From Paraspadella gotoi (taxonomy: Eukaryota; Animalia; Chaetognatha), in the NCBI GenBank assembly GCA_051294375.1, contig CM119269.1:18526471-18590470 (forward strand): 64,000 nucleotides of DNA. Reading direction: 5' to 3'. A program made the position numbers and the translations under genes. The notes below the pieces were generated by a model. It worked only from the letters and a program-made list of their open reading frames with translations. It searched no databases and was not told the DNA's origin. Below are positions 14,301-25,500 of this stretch, piece by piece; within the stretch, counting starts at the first letter, position 1; every line of letters starts with the position of its first letter.

Positions 14301-17300
14301 CCCCCTTGTAAGGGATCCAGAAATTGGCTGAGAAGGGAAAAAAGTAAAATGCGACGTAGAAAATAAATTTTAACTTGTGATAAAAGGTTTACCCATCTAT
14401 CGACCGTCGTTTCAGTTTGACTTACCCGCTCCCGCATTCCAAAGCTACGCAACCCTGCTGAATCAATTTCCACCCTTTCGGACATTGGGTGCAATCTCTA
14501 GCTCGGGGTCCCGAACACGACACACAGGGAATGGGGGATTGGGAGCAGGGAAGGCAATGTCCCCGCGACGCGTAAAAACCTGCGCCAAAGTTTTAGTTTT
14601 AAAAATATATATTAATTTATATACAATTTTACATTATATATTATTAATAAAATAAAATATAATATAATTAATAAAATATATATTAATTTATATACAATTT
14701 TACATTATACATTATTTATTTTACACTATTGTATTTCTCTTTCGATCCACTTCTTTACTCCCTCGTCAATCGTTTTCCTCTCATTCGTCGCTTTTTCTTT
14801 TGTTTGAAAAATATACATAAGAGATATCTAAGAGATTTCTTTCGCTTTTTCCTGGGCTACATATTTTATATATATACCTTTATCACAGTTGGCAACGCAA
14901 GTTGTGCGATTCTGCAGTAGACGATTTTTGGAGCACGACAGACAGTCGTTGGCCATAGGCCCGGTGCACCCAGAGCAAGACCCGTGGCAAGAAAGGCATT
15001 CTCCCGGACCCGCGCCCCCTAACGAGGCCCCAGAGCGGCTCAGATCTAGGTAAGTACCTGTCATAAGAATAACAAAAATTCTTTTTCACAAACGTTATGT
15101 TAAAGTCAAAACGACTGATCGCTTCCCATCTTTCTTACCCTGCGGACATGAGTCGAATTCCCTGGAGACGCAATCATTATCGGATAAGTAATAACTTTCG
15201 ATGCAAGAGGTACACATGGTAGGCGACCCGGAACAGTTTCGGCAAGGAGCGGCACAAGGCATACATTGTTGATATTGGTCTACGAGCGGAAAAAAATAAA
15301 ACAAATAAAAAATTTGTAGACTAAAACCCTGTGAAGAGGGATTAGAGATAAAAAAAAAAAAAAAAGGAAGAATTACTCGACTCCCTTACTACTTTCTACC
15401 CATATTCCCAATCCCTTCAGAAACGATTGAATTTCTTTTCAAAATCTTTAGATGATCCTATGTATACTATACAAAAAAGTTAACATGTCCGTAGTTTAAA
15501 AAGAACAGAAAACTGACCGATAAATAGGCTAAAGAGACGGGGGGGGGGGATGTATGAATTACGAAATAAGTGAAATAATCTTCTCTTAAGGCACAAACGA
15601 AATGGGGGGGTGGAGGGGGGGGGGAAAGCGTTTAAAATCTTTCGTCCGGACCTTCCGACTGCAACGGCAATTTCCGGTTAAGCTTTATTTCTCGTTCATC
15701 ACGGAGACCACTTTCTCTTTCGTTTGAGCCCCTTATCATCGCCGTACACTTCCTGCTCCTCAAGATTCTCCGTCTCTGTCAGAATCCCTTCCAACTCTGT
15801 CATTTCAAATCTTTTATCTATGGTCGCGCAAGTTCCGTTCTCTGCTGGATGATGTCATGAGGTTGGAGGGAGTTTCAAGGGAGGGGAGGAGATTTTTTTT
15901 TTTCCAGCACGCGATGTAGTAAGTAGTATAGTGGTACTTAGTATAGTATTACTTCTCATTTCCTAACGCATTTATTGTTACCCAGGAATGAGTTGTCGGG
16001 ACATTCGAGGCAATCGTTCTGGTTGGGTCCGCGACAGGTGGCGCAGCTGTAATGGCAACCGTAACAGATGCTGAAATTTCTTCCCTCCACCGTAGAGTTT
16101 CGAGTAAAATGGTTTACCCCGCAGTTTGAAACGCAAGGACTAGAGTTAAGGAAAAGAAGGTGAAACGACAGAAATGAATGAAGGGTCTCCCCTTAAAGTT
16201 CAAAAAAGCATGAACGAGTCAGTCGTTAGTACCCCTTATCGCCGAGACGAACGTGTTTGCAGGCGTAACACCCGCTGGCGCTGGAGTCGTGACAGCGGTC
16301 AAGGCACTCGGAGTGACAAGAGGGGGAAGATACTTCGGTAGGAAGGACTGAGACACCGCTCGTTGCGCCGCTGGTGACGTCGCTGGACACGAGAGGCGAG
16401 GGCGAAGTTTCTCCGCCACGGAGTTGGATGTGATGCTCGTCCTCCTCCTCAAAAGATAACATAAGGCCGTTTTTTTATAATTTTATAACTCATACATAAC
16501 AAATTAATTATTCGTGGGATTTACCATGACTATACTCCTGTCGTTATCGTCGCCACCAAGAGCGTGGAGCGGATCACTTTTCGTTCCGTAGAGCACCAGT
16601 CTCCAACTGGTCAAAGTCCCTGGATAGAAGAAAAAAAAAAACATCACGGTTATATTTTCCATCATTTAAATATTTTGAAGAAAATTCCATGACGAAGAAT
16701 AATTACGTAGTTACACCATGAATTACTCACCAATGTTCTTGGACTGCGGGTGTGTAATTTCCAAAGTCCACTTTCCGTTGGGGTCTTCCCCCCAACAGTG
16801 AACCGTGAGAAACAACCAGGCCATGAGTTTCTTCTTCCGGTCACGCGGTCGGAACGGCAGCAGGGTCGAAGTCGTCTTTTGCGGCGATGTCAGCTTAATC
16901 ATTAGCTTTCCGCGATCGGGAAACTCCAGCGTAACCTCGGCCTGTGCGTGTGCGAGAGAGAAAGAGAGAGAGAAAATTTAAAATAAAAGCACATACAATT
17001 TTTTTTTAAACAAGTTTGAGCAAACAATGCCGGTTCTGCCCACCATCATTAGCGGTAAGCAGCTGATCAGATAATTAATTAATTAATTAATATTAATTTT
17101 TTTAGCGTCAAAATCGTTTTCCACTTTGTCTCGCCTCTCAATCACAAAACAACAATCTCGATCACAAAATTAATTATTAAATTAATTAATTAAAAAATAA
17201 TTAATTACTTATTTATCAATAATTATTTATAAATTAAAGAGAAAAAGCATAATCAAATAGTGAAATAGATTTCTTTGTTTTTTAAATTTTAACTTATTTC

Positions 17301-20300
17301 CACCTGGACGATTTCATTGAAACTTGATTTCCTGCTCAATCATACACTTTCCTACCCGCATACAAAAATTGAAGTCAATCGCCCCCTCCATTCATGAGTA
17401 ATTGGAGTTCAAAGCTAAGGGAGGACGGACGGACATCATTTTTTTTGCCTAATTTTCTATTATTCGATGTTCTAGGATGATATAAGTGACTTACCGACAA
17501 AAAAATGGGTGGTGAGTCTAGACCTTTCCATATATGAAATGTTTTGAAATCAAACAAGTTTGAACAATGTCGGATCTGCCTACGATAATTAAGTGGTAAT
17601 AAGCTAACTTGGTCAACTTGCATAATTTAATCAACTTGCATTATTTGGTCAACTGTCATAATTTTGTCAACTGACATAGTTTATTTGGTTAACTGATATA
17701 ATTTCTTCAACTGACATAATTTGGTCAACTGACATAATTTGGTCAACCGGCATAATTTGGTCAACTGGCATATTTTTGTCAATTGGCAATTTGGAATAAT
17801 TTGGTCAATCAATCAATCAGAGAGAGATAGAAAGAGAGAAACTTTAAAAAATTCAAATAAGTGTGTCTACTGGTTTTCTAATTTGAACTCTTTTCTACTC
17901 CTACGATTCCATCAAAAAAATTATATCCAGCTTTATCACATACTTTCCTACCGACACACAGTATTCCATTTCAATTAATCTATCCAATTTTTAATAAACA
18001 TAATAATTATGAGAAAATTTAAGTAAAAATACTTCAAGTAATTATCTCTTGTTTTTTTCCATTTTAACTCATTTCCACTAGCACAATTCCATCAAAACTT
18101 TATATCCAGCTCAATCACACACTTTCCTACCATCATACAAAATTTCAAGTCAATTGCCCTATCCACTCATGAGCAATTGGCGTTCAAATAGTGAAATAGA
18201 TTTTTTTGTTTTTTCCATTTAAACCAATTTCCACTCGCACAATTCATCGAAACTTCATATCCATCTCAATCACAGTTTCCTACCCACACACAAAATTTCA
18301 AACCAATCCATCCATCCAATCACGAGTAATTGGAGTTTTTTGCTAAGGGTGGACGGACAGACGGACGGACATCTTTTTTTAATAATTTATCATAATTCAG
18401 GTTCTGATATGATAATGATTTACCGACAATATTTTGGGGTGGAACCGACGGACCGACAAAGTGAATTATAGAGTCGGAATCTGCTGATAAATAGATTCGT
18501 CAAAAAACGAGTATTGGGTAAAAGGTTCCCATACATCATATGAATTTTTTAAACATTAAAAAAAAAAAGGTTTAAAAAAAATTTTAATTTGTAAAAAAAC
18601 TAACCTAATTTATAATGCGAGGTATGTAACAGTCAAATTTTTCCGCTCTACATTCTACAAGATAGTTTGGGTTGGCAGCATTTACTATGAATTTTTTTAA
18701 AAAATGTTCACAAAATTCATATGATGTATGGGTACTATGGGTACCTTTTACACGGTAGAGCAGAGAGGATGTGAAAGAAACAAAAAAAGTGCCATCTCTG
18801 AAACCTATAAAATCTTAAAGTATACCCATGAGACACTTAATGTGGTAGGTCAGTAAAATTTGATAAAGGCAGGATTTATTTTAAATGCTAATTAAAGTTT
18901 TTGACATTTTTTTATAAAAAATTTTAAGTAGTTTAGTGAATATGCTTACAATTTAAATGTCTATAAGTCTATCATTATTTCAAAACTTTTTATATATGGA
19001 AAGGTCTAGTGGCGACCGATAGACCGACAAAGTGAATTATAGAGCCGAGGTCTGCTGGAAGCAGATCCGGCTAAAAATACTGCAGCAACAGCGACACCTG
19101 AACGTGTTCGAGGTATCGAATTCGGTTTCGCGTATCGATGACTGTCTCGAGCACCAACTTCCCATCCTTCGGGATCGTCTTCTCGTCCTGGTTGTAGTGA
19201 GAGATGAAGATCTGCTGGGTGGGCACCGTCTTCCAAGATTTGGCCAGCTTGACCATGGCGCCGGCGTCCATCAAGCCGAAGCCGAAAACGTGGCTCACTC
19301 TCCTTGGGATAAAGAAAGAAAGAAAAGAATGAAACTAGGTTTAACACACATTATTAAATATAAAATAAATCTATTATTTAAATTTAATACATATGTAAAA
19401 TAAAAAATCATTGATAAATATTTTTCCTAAGGAGAAAACTAGAAGGAAGTGAAAGTAGTGTACCTGCCAGCAGCGTTTGTAACCCAGTCCGTGGCGCCCC
19501 CTTCTAGTGGCGCCGCGTTAGAGGTAAGGACAACGATGTGCTGCATATCGCGCCAGGTTAGGTTCGGGTTCGCCTCGAGCGCCAAGGCGCAGAGTCCAGC
19601 GGCCAGCGGCGCAGAGGCCGACGTCCCGGTGTGCTGGAAAAAAGGAAGAGAAGAGAAGAGAAGAGAAGAGAAGAGAAGAGAAGAGAAGAGAAGAGAAGAT
19701 AATTTAACAATTCATCTCAAACTCCATACTGCTTCATTAATTCTTTACCTCCGTCGTGCATTTTCCGTGCAAGTCTGTGGACACGATCTTTTTCTCGTCC
19801 CGATCCCTCCCGCTCGAGTAGGTCGTCGCAAGCGTGGAGGCGCACTCCTCCAGGTACCAGGGTTTCTGGCCGTTCTGCGACGCCGATGACACGGAGAGAG
19901 TGTAGATGGAGTTGGTGTAGCCGTCGCAGGCACAGGAATCGAAGTCTCGCCCGCCGTTGCCTGAGGCCCACACAAAGATGGATCCCTTTCCGCCGCGACC
20001 CTTTGTGACGCCCTCCTCGAAGGAGCGCCGCGCCATCTTGCCCGGGCCGTCGACGACTTCGCCGTTGTCGTCGGGGCCCCAGGAGGCCGAGTAAATGTCG
20101 ACGTGCTGAGGTTGGAGGCTGAGGGATTTGGCTTCCACCGCGTCGTTCACGTCGCCGTCGAGCATGCGGACTCCTAGAACAAACAAAAAAATGAAAATGT
20201 CAAAAAGTTGGTCTGTTTTTTCTTTTCTTTTAATCCGAAGAATTAATGATACCTCCGATCTTGGCATCGTAAGCCACGCCCACGATGCAGACGTCGTTGT

Positions 20301-23300
20301 CGGCGATCGCGGCCACTTCGCCGGCGCAACGAGTCCCGTGTTTGTTTTCGTTATACGGGTCGTACCTGAGTCGCCAAATGAAAAACTGAACGTAAAGAAG
20401 TCTAAAATGGGTCATGATCAAATAGAGAGTCGTGAATCGAGAGTCCGAATAAAGTCAAACCTCGGCATGGGATCAGGGTCGTCGCCGTTGATGTCAATGG
20501 AGGCGACGGGATCATAATTTCTCATGAGGTCGCGGTGGTTGTGTTCAATCCCGTCGTCGAGGATCGTCACCACCACATTTTTGCCAGTGATGCCTAAGAC
20601 GGACAGGAGAGAAGTTTAGGCCATAAAACCTGATAAATAAGCCATTGTACTCCTCTTCTCTATCGGCAATAATTTAAAATAATTTTCTAATAAGATGCAT
20701 TCAATGACCTTTAAATGCCTTTTCTCCAGATTCCTTCGTGAATTTTTAAAATCGCTTTCCTTTTCCTTCCTTGCTATATTTTTTCAATCCTTCTTTCACG
20801 ACCCGGAAATCTCACCCATGGCCCAGGCTTCCCGGACTCTCATGTCGGATTTCTGGTGTCCACCCGAGTGCAGATACCACTGATCCTTCCAAAGTGGGTC
20901 GCTGTGGTCTTGAAAAGATGTGTCAATAGAAGATATTTCTCGCTTAACCCTTTTTTTAATGACTTGTTGCTCCGTCCACAAGACGCGGGGATCGCCCTCC
21001 AAAAGTGAATGGTGGTTCGGGGAAGGGTCAGCCGATCTACGAGCGATTCGGCGATGACGAAGGAGGTAAAAATCGGGGAGAGTTCCGACTTCGCCAAGGA
21101 AGTCCATCCCCCGACTTCTCGCCACTTCTTCGGCGACGGCGCGACCCCCGCGGACTTCCACGGCCCATTCGTTAGAGTATTCGTGCCCTAAGGGCGAAAA
21201 TTCGAGTTCTCATTATTTCATAGTTACATTTGTGTTGACTTTACACTAAAATTTTATTTTTTACAGTTTGAAAATACTTGGCTTAGTGAACAATATTTAC
21301 AGACAATACGACGTTATTAAAAATGAAACGCCTATTTAAAAGTTTCAACATTACCCACTGGCATTGTAATTGGCTTTGCAAGTAGAGTGGCTTTCGAAAA
21401 CTACGGCTGGGAAATAAGCCAATATTGTCTCATATGGCTTCCCGCACAACATTCTTATTTTATATTTCATTAGCTGCTTCTATATTTATATAACTGTCGA
21501 ATCAGTCACTGCCGATTAAAAGCGAAAAAGGATAATGCATAATATAATGTTATACTTGTATTGTTAAATCAGACTTCATTCGGTACAAGTAGTAAGTGGC
21601 AAAGGATTTCAAATAAACACGCGCTAAAACACGATTAAAAACAAATTGAAATTATGACCAGTAAAAATGAACATTTGATTCTCACAACGATCACCACGGT
21701 CGCCAAGGACTCTTCGATTTCACAGATGAGTCACATTTTTCCGAAGAAGACGAAAGTTTATGGGAAGCGGAACTCGATTCTTTCGACGTTTCCATTTCCG
21801 AACTGGAGTGACAATCGCTGACTTCGCTGCTGCTGCAAAACTGGCAAAAAGAATCGCAACCGTTGTTGTTGTCGTTGACGTTTCGCGTCTCCGTCACAGT
21901 CGCTGTCTTAGGCGTGCACTGATTCTGCTCCACTTTTATGATGATAATGTTGTTGGTGTTTGAAGTGATGCAGTTTTTCGGGGACTTGGAGGTTGCAGTT
22001 GTAACGCTGGGCTTGGCCGTCTCGAACGGAAGGTGGACCGGGGACATCCAGTGCTGCAGCGGAGTGTGCGTCGTGTCGATCTTTAGCGGGCGCTGAACGG
22101 AAGGAAGCGGTCTTGGCGGCAAACGGGGCGTCGATGTTTTCGGATGGGAAGACGAGAGGGGACGCAAAGGACTCGCGCTCTTGGGACTCTTGTGCTTGGG
22201 AGGGATGAAAGCCACGGGTTTTCCCTGCGGATGATTCATAGGGCGAAGTCTCTTTTGTTCCTGCTGCTCTGGCGGGTGAGGCGAGGACTTTCTTTTCCGG
22301 TTATCAGACTCGGGCTTCTCCGACGCAGTCCGGTTGGTGGGATCTTGCGGAGCGCAGGAGCGAAGGTGTTGCTTGACTCGGGATTGAAACTCAGAGTTGA
22401 CGTTTCCTTGCCGAACTTGGCTCGACATGAATTGATCGATGACTTGAATCCCTTCCACGTATCCCATGTAGTAGTTGGCCAGAACCTCAGGCTCCGACAT
22501 GGCCGCGTTAACGGCGGCGTTGTACTGCTTTAAGTAGTTGACAGTCAACTCGAGCAAATCGGCCTTTTCCAGTTTGGAATATCTGGAAGAGGCGTGATCT
22601 CGGGGATCTCGCTTGCAGATAGTTTGCACGACGACGTCGCGCAGTTCGCCCAGATGATTGTTAATTCTGGCTCGACGCTTCTTCTCCATCAAGGGTTTGT
22701 TGTTCACCATTTTGAGAGATTAAAGAAAATAATTGTATCGAGAATAAAATTTGAGTATTTTGCGAAATTGCTTCCCCGTTGAAAAAAATTATTGGCAAAA
22801 AAAAGAACGTAGGGCAGTTTTTTCGCGAAATGATTCTTCCCGGATCTCGCGGCCGTGTTTTATACCCAAACGGCCCCAGTTCCGAAGGGCCGGCCGGACC
22901 ATTGGTCTCGACGTCGCTATTCGGCGAACGACGTCCGCCCTCGCCGGCCGCCGTCGCAAAAGAGCAACGCGGAGACATCGAAAATTTCGTCGCTCTTCCC
23001 CGCCGCCGTTCGAGGAATCGTCGTCACCCAAATACCGTGCGCTTGGCAAGTGTCTTGGTTTGACGACGAAACTAGCGCTTTTTAACGCAATTATAGTTTA
23101 TTGTGCCCAAACAGATCGCCGCGCAACCTTTCATTTTCTAATTGTGCTAATGGTCTTAATCATACCAAGTACTGACTTACAACAACGTAAATACTTAACT
23201 TTAATAGAATAAGTTTAGAACAAATTTAGTTTTAGCCGTCATCTTTTAAAGGATGGAAAGAACATTTCCTCGCTTATCCAACTTTCCCACATTCCTAATT

Positions 23301-23483
23301 CTTCCCATATTTATGTTTCTGTTTTGATTTCCGTCCATAGAGGAAATCCATTTCACTCACACGTGGCCGTTCACGACAACGAGAAAGAGGAAGAGAGGAA
23401 TCCCCTACGTTTGCATGTGGCGGTTCACGACAACGGTGTGAGAGGGCGAGAGAATCCTTCCGATCACACGTGGCCCTTCACAA

Positions 23484-23526
<43 letters not shown>

Positions 23527-25108
23527 CGGCCGAATCAGCTGGGAAGCCGGGTCGGGTGGTTTCTAATTCTCAAAGCAAAACAGCCTTGACTTATGTGCCA
23601 TGGTGTTTGAAAGCTATTATCGGTAAACGGTCTTCAATTATAGTAACTTATAGATAAACTCATACAAAAATGTGAAGGACAAATGTATCTTTTTTTCTCA
23701 TCGTTTGCGTCCTCAAAAAAATATCGCTTTACGGTTCGTAGAATACAGGGCGAGGTCATTTAAGGTTCCAACATAAATTAATTAATTGCTTAAAAGGAAA
23801 GAAAAATATAATAGGAAAATTAGTTATGTAAACGTCGACAAAAGCACAGGTAGCATAATAGGTAAGAGATTATTCTCATAATGAAATTCACGGTGCTTAA
23901 TACCAAACAATTTTTTTCAAATAAAAATAAAGTTCAACAAATATGAGATAGAGATATCAAAAGTCAGAAAAATTAAACAAACTAAAAATTGACTAATAAT
24001 ATGCAATTATTTTTTTTATGGTTAATTTTCAGTTTTTCTCTCTTGCTGCTTTCCCACTGATAATAATAAACAATTTTTTGGGGGAAATATTTGAATAAAA
24101 ATTGAATCATATTACTTAGAATTTACATATAATCAAAATTATTCATACTAACACTTTAATATTTCAATGTAATTTTCATTCAAGTAATTTAAAATTCTGT
24201 TCACGACATAAAGGTGCCCCTATAGACCTTTCCCCTGCATGTATCCCCATCAGAACATACGATTTTACATGGTAGTCTTATCCCTATTGTTAAAAAAAAA
24301 ATCATATATAACTAAAAAAATTATCCATTCCCATCCCTTTCTGTTCAGCCTCTTAGATAATATAATCTTTCATTAATAACTTTTTAACAGGAATGACGTG
24401 TGATATCTATTAGTAAACTATGACAGATTATAGTCTAACCTTGTGTTGTATAGATGCTCCCTCTATTTCCAGAAGACAACACTGACCTCCCCCTCCCAAA
24501 ATGAGTTATTAGATATTATAAGCAAAAAATTTTAAAAAATAATAATATATATAATTAAATAATATAGATCAAAAATAAAATATTCATAAAATATAAAAAA
24601 TATAAGATAGTGAAACAAGTCATTTTGCAAATTTTCATAATCTATTAAGCAGAGAAAAATTTTAATGAACAGTCCTGGACCAATGAACATTTTTTAAGAA
24701 AAAAAAATTGTGGTAAAATTGTACCTTCACTGTTCAGGATCTTCCCAGTCGGTAATTTTTTTTTCACGTGTTATGAGCGTTAATGTCATTTTTTTTCGCG
24801 AAAAAAAAACAATGGATTCTCAAATATTACCATAACCACCCTTAACCAGTAACCACCCATACCGTAACCTTAACCATACTTTTTTCCCTTGTAATATAAA
24901 ACCCTGGTAATGATATATGCGAATAGAAAAATAATAATTTTTTTTTAATTTTATAATGACTTAAAAAAATTTAAATCCGCTAAAACATTTACGATTAATA
25001 CTAAAATTTAATTTTCTTACCATCAGTATCGGACGCCTGCGTTTGACCATTGCATACAAAGACGATAAATACATATAGGAAACTTGTGATGATGCTGAAA
25101 ATGTACAT
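11363..25108 (-). CDS. PCSK5: Furin-like proprotein convertase (Fur2/PCSK5 type), transmembrane isoform, multi-exon
   Basis: Signal-peptide exon at 25108-25021. Prodomain NEWAVEV...KKRVKR. S8 catalytic motifs VTILDDG (D), [13 protein letters not shown] (H), WASGNGG (N) and HTGTSASAP (S). P domain at ~19310-16570. Furin-like Cys-rich repeats at ~16330-13582. TM exon at ~12266-12039 carries YAPL. Acidic-cluster tail [13 protein letters not shown] at ~11805-11706. Stop at 11363. Confidence 0.9.
13147..13403 (-). CDS. Alternative terminal exon B of the convertase (basic tail, no TM)
   Basis: Polypyrimidine-CAG acceptor at 13404-13406. The frame is open for 85 codons in phase 1, matching the donor at 13582 ([10 protein letters not shown]...RRLSARRP*). 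AATAAA at 13108-13113 on the minus strand. Confidence 0.6.
15699..15844 (-). CDS. Alternative terminal exon A of the convertase (short soluble isoform)
   Basis: CAG acceptor at 15845-15847. Phase 1 matches the upstream donor (SFL G|gt). Encodes [13 protein letters not shown]...KRKRKWSP*, with AATAAA about 10 nt after the stop. Confidence 0.6.
17552..18506 (-). mobile_element. Second family-1 Helentron/DINE-like copy with an internal 18-bp minisatellite
   Basis: Same termini as the 17009 and 37085 copies. (CATAATTTGGTCAACTGA)n at ~17605-17810 and a GGAC/AGAC microsatellite at ~18350-18370. Confidence 0.65.
18519..18750. mobile_element. Short MITE
   Basis: Inverted termini TAAAAGGTTCCCATACATCATATGAATTTT and AAAATTCATATGATGTATGGGTAC...CTTTTA. 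Confidence 0.6.
21691..22710 (-). CDS. HES: Hairy/Enhancer-of-split (HES) bHLH-Orange repressor, intronless coding region
   Basis: Basic region [13 protein letters not shown] with the diagnostic Pro, [15 protein letters not shown] helix 2, Orange domain ([16 protein letters not shown]...HL) and a C-terminal WRPW Groucho-binding motif. Confidence 0.95.
   Translation of the reverse strand: MVNNKPLMEKKRRARINNHLGELRDVVVQTICKRDPRDHASSRYSKLEKADLLELTVNYLKQYNAAVNAAMSEPEVLANYYMGYVEGIQVIDQFMSSQVRQGNVNSEFQSRVKQHLRSCAPQDPTNRTASEKPESDNRKRKSSPHPPEQQEQKRLRPMNHPQGKPVAFIPPKHKSPKSASPLRPLSSSHPKTSTPRLPPRPLPSVQRPLKIDTTHTPLQHWMSPVHLPFETAKPSVTTATSKSPKNCITSNTNNIIIIKVEQNQCTPKTATVTETRNVNDNNNGCDSFCQFCSSSEVSDCHSSSEMETSKESSSASHKLSSSSEKCDSSVKSKSPWRPW
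22858..23545 (-). promoter_or_regulatory. Putative HES promoter/enhancer: TATA, CCAAT, tandem CSL/Su(H) sites and CACGTG boxes
   Basis: Minus strand has TATAAAA at 22858-22864, CCAAT near 22901-22905, TGTGGGAA at 23284-23291 and TATGGGAA at 23302-23309. CACGTG occurs at ~23360 and ~23467 within a three-fold repeated motif. CAGCTG at ~23536. Confidence 0.55.
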
Positions 25109-25500
25109 CCTCGCGAGGAAGAGTCAGGAGATTATTCAACATGGAAGCGATGCATTTACAATTTGGAAGCGGGATCCCGTTTTAAAGGGACTCAGCGAAT
25201 GTTCATGTTATCATCGTCTTGTTTTGATCCAAAATAAATTCGGGGGGTCTACCTGAGGTGTTTAGCTAAAGAAAGTAATCAACGTACAGATTGCCATATC
25301 GATCTACAAAATATATATCCGACTCCAAGTGGAGAAAAAAAAATGAGATTTTGTTAGGAACAAAAAAAAATCTAGCTATTTTTTTTTTAATCGTATAGGT
25401 CAGTTTGTGCAAATTTAATCCAGTCGACCAATTTAAAGAAATTAGTTTTTTTTCTCGATAAATATTAAATACGAATTTATCAAAAGAACCGGAGCTTTTC

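Larger units (their letters stand above)
17518..19009. mobile_element. TIR element (MITE-like) inserted into the family-1 copy
   Basis: ~33-bp terminal inverted repeats: CTAGACCTTTCCATATATGAAATGTTTTGAAAT (17518) and ATTTCAAAACTTTTTATATATGGAAAGGTCTAG (ends 19009). Confidence 0.7.
17009..19077 (-). mobile_element. Helentron/DINE-1-like non-autonomous element (family 1), interrupted by nested insertions
   Basis: Subterminal inverted motif GTCGGATCTGC/GCAGATCCG, GACG/GACA microsatellite and terminal AACAAGTTTGAGCAAACAA. Similar to the copies at 17552-18506 and 37085-37585. Confidence 0.6.

Noticed and set aside
21355-21455. Possible first coding exon of the convertase downstream of HES
   Set aside because: The long frame gives the wrong phase and a stop. 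The in-phase option yields only MPVG with no signal peptide. It cannot be excluded as a minor start.
23355-23490. Three spaced repeats resembling a CRISPR array
   Set aside because: Eukaryotic context, degenerate repeats, mutually similar spacers and no cas genes.
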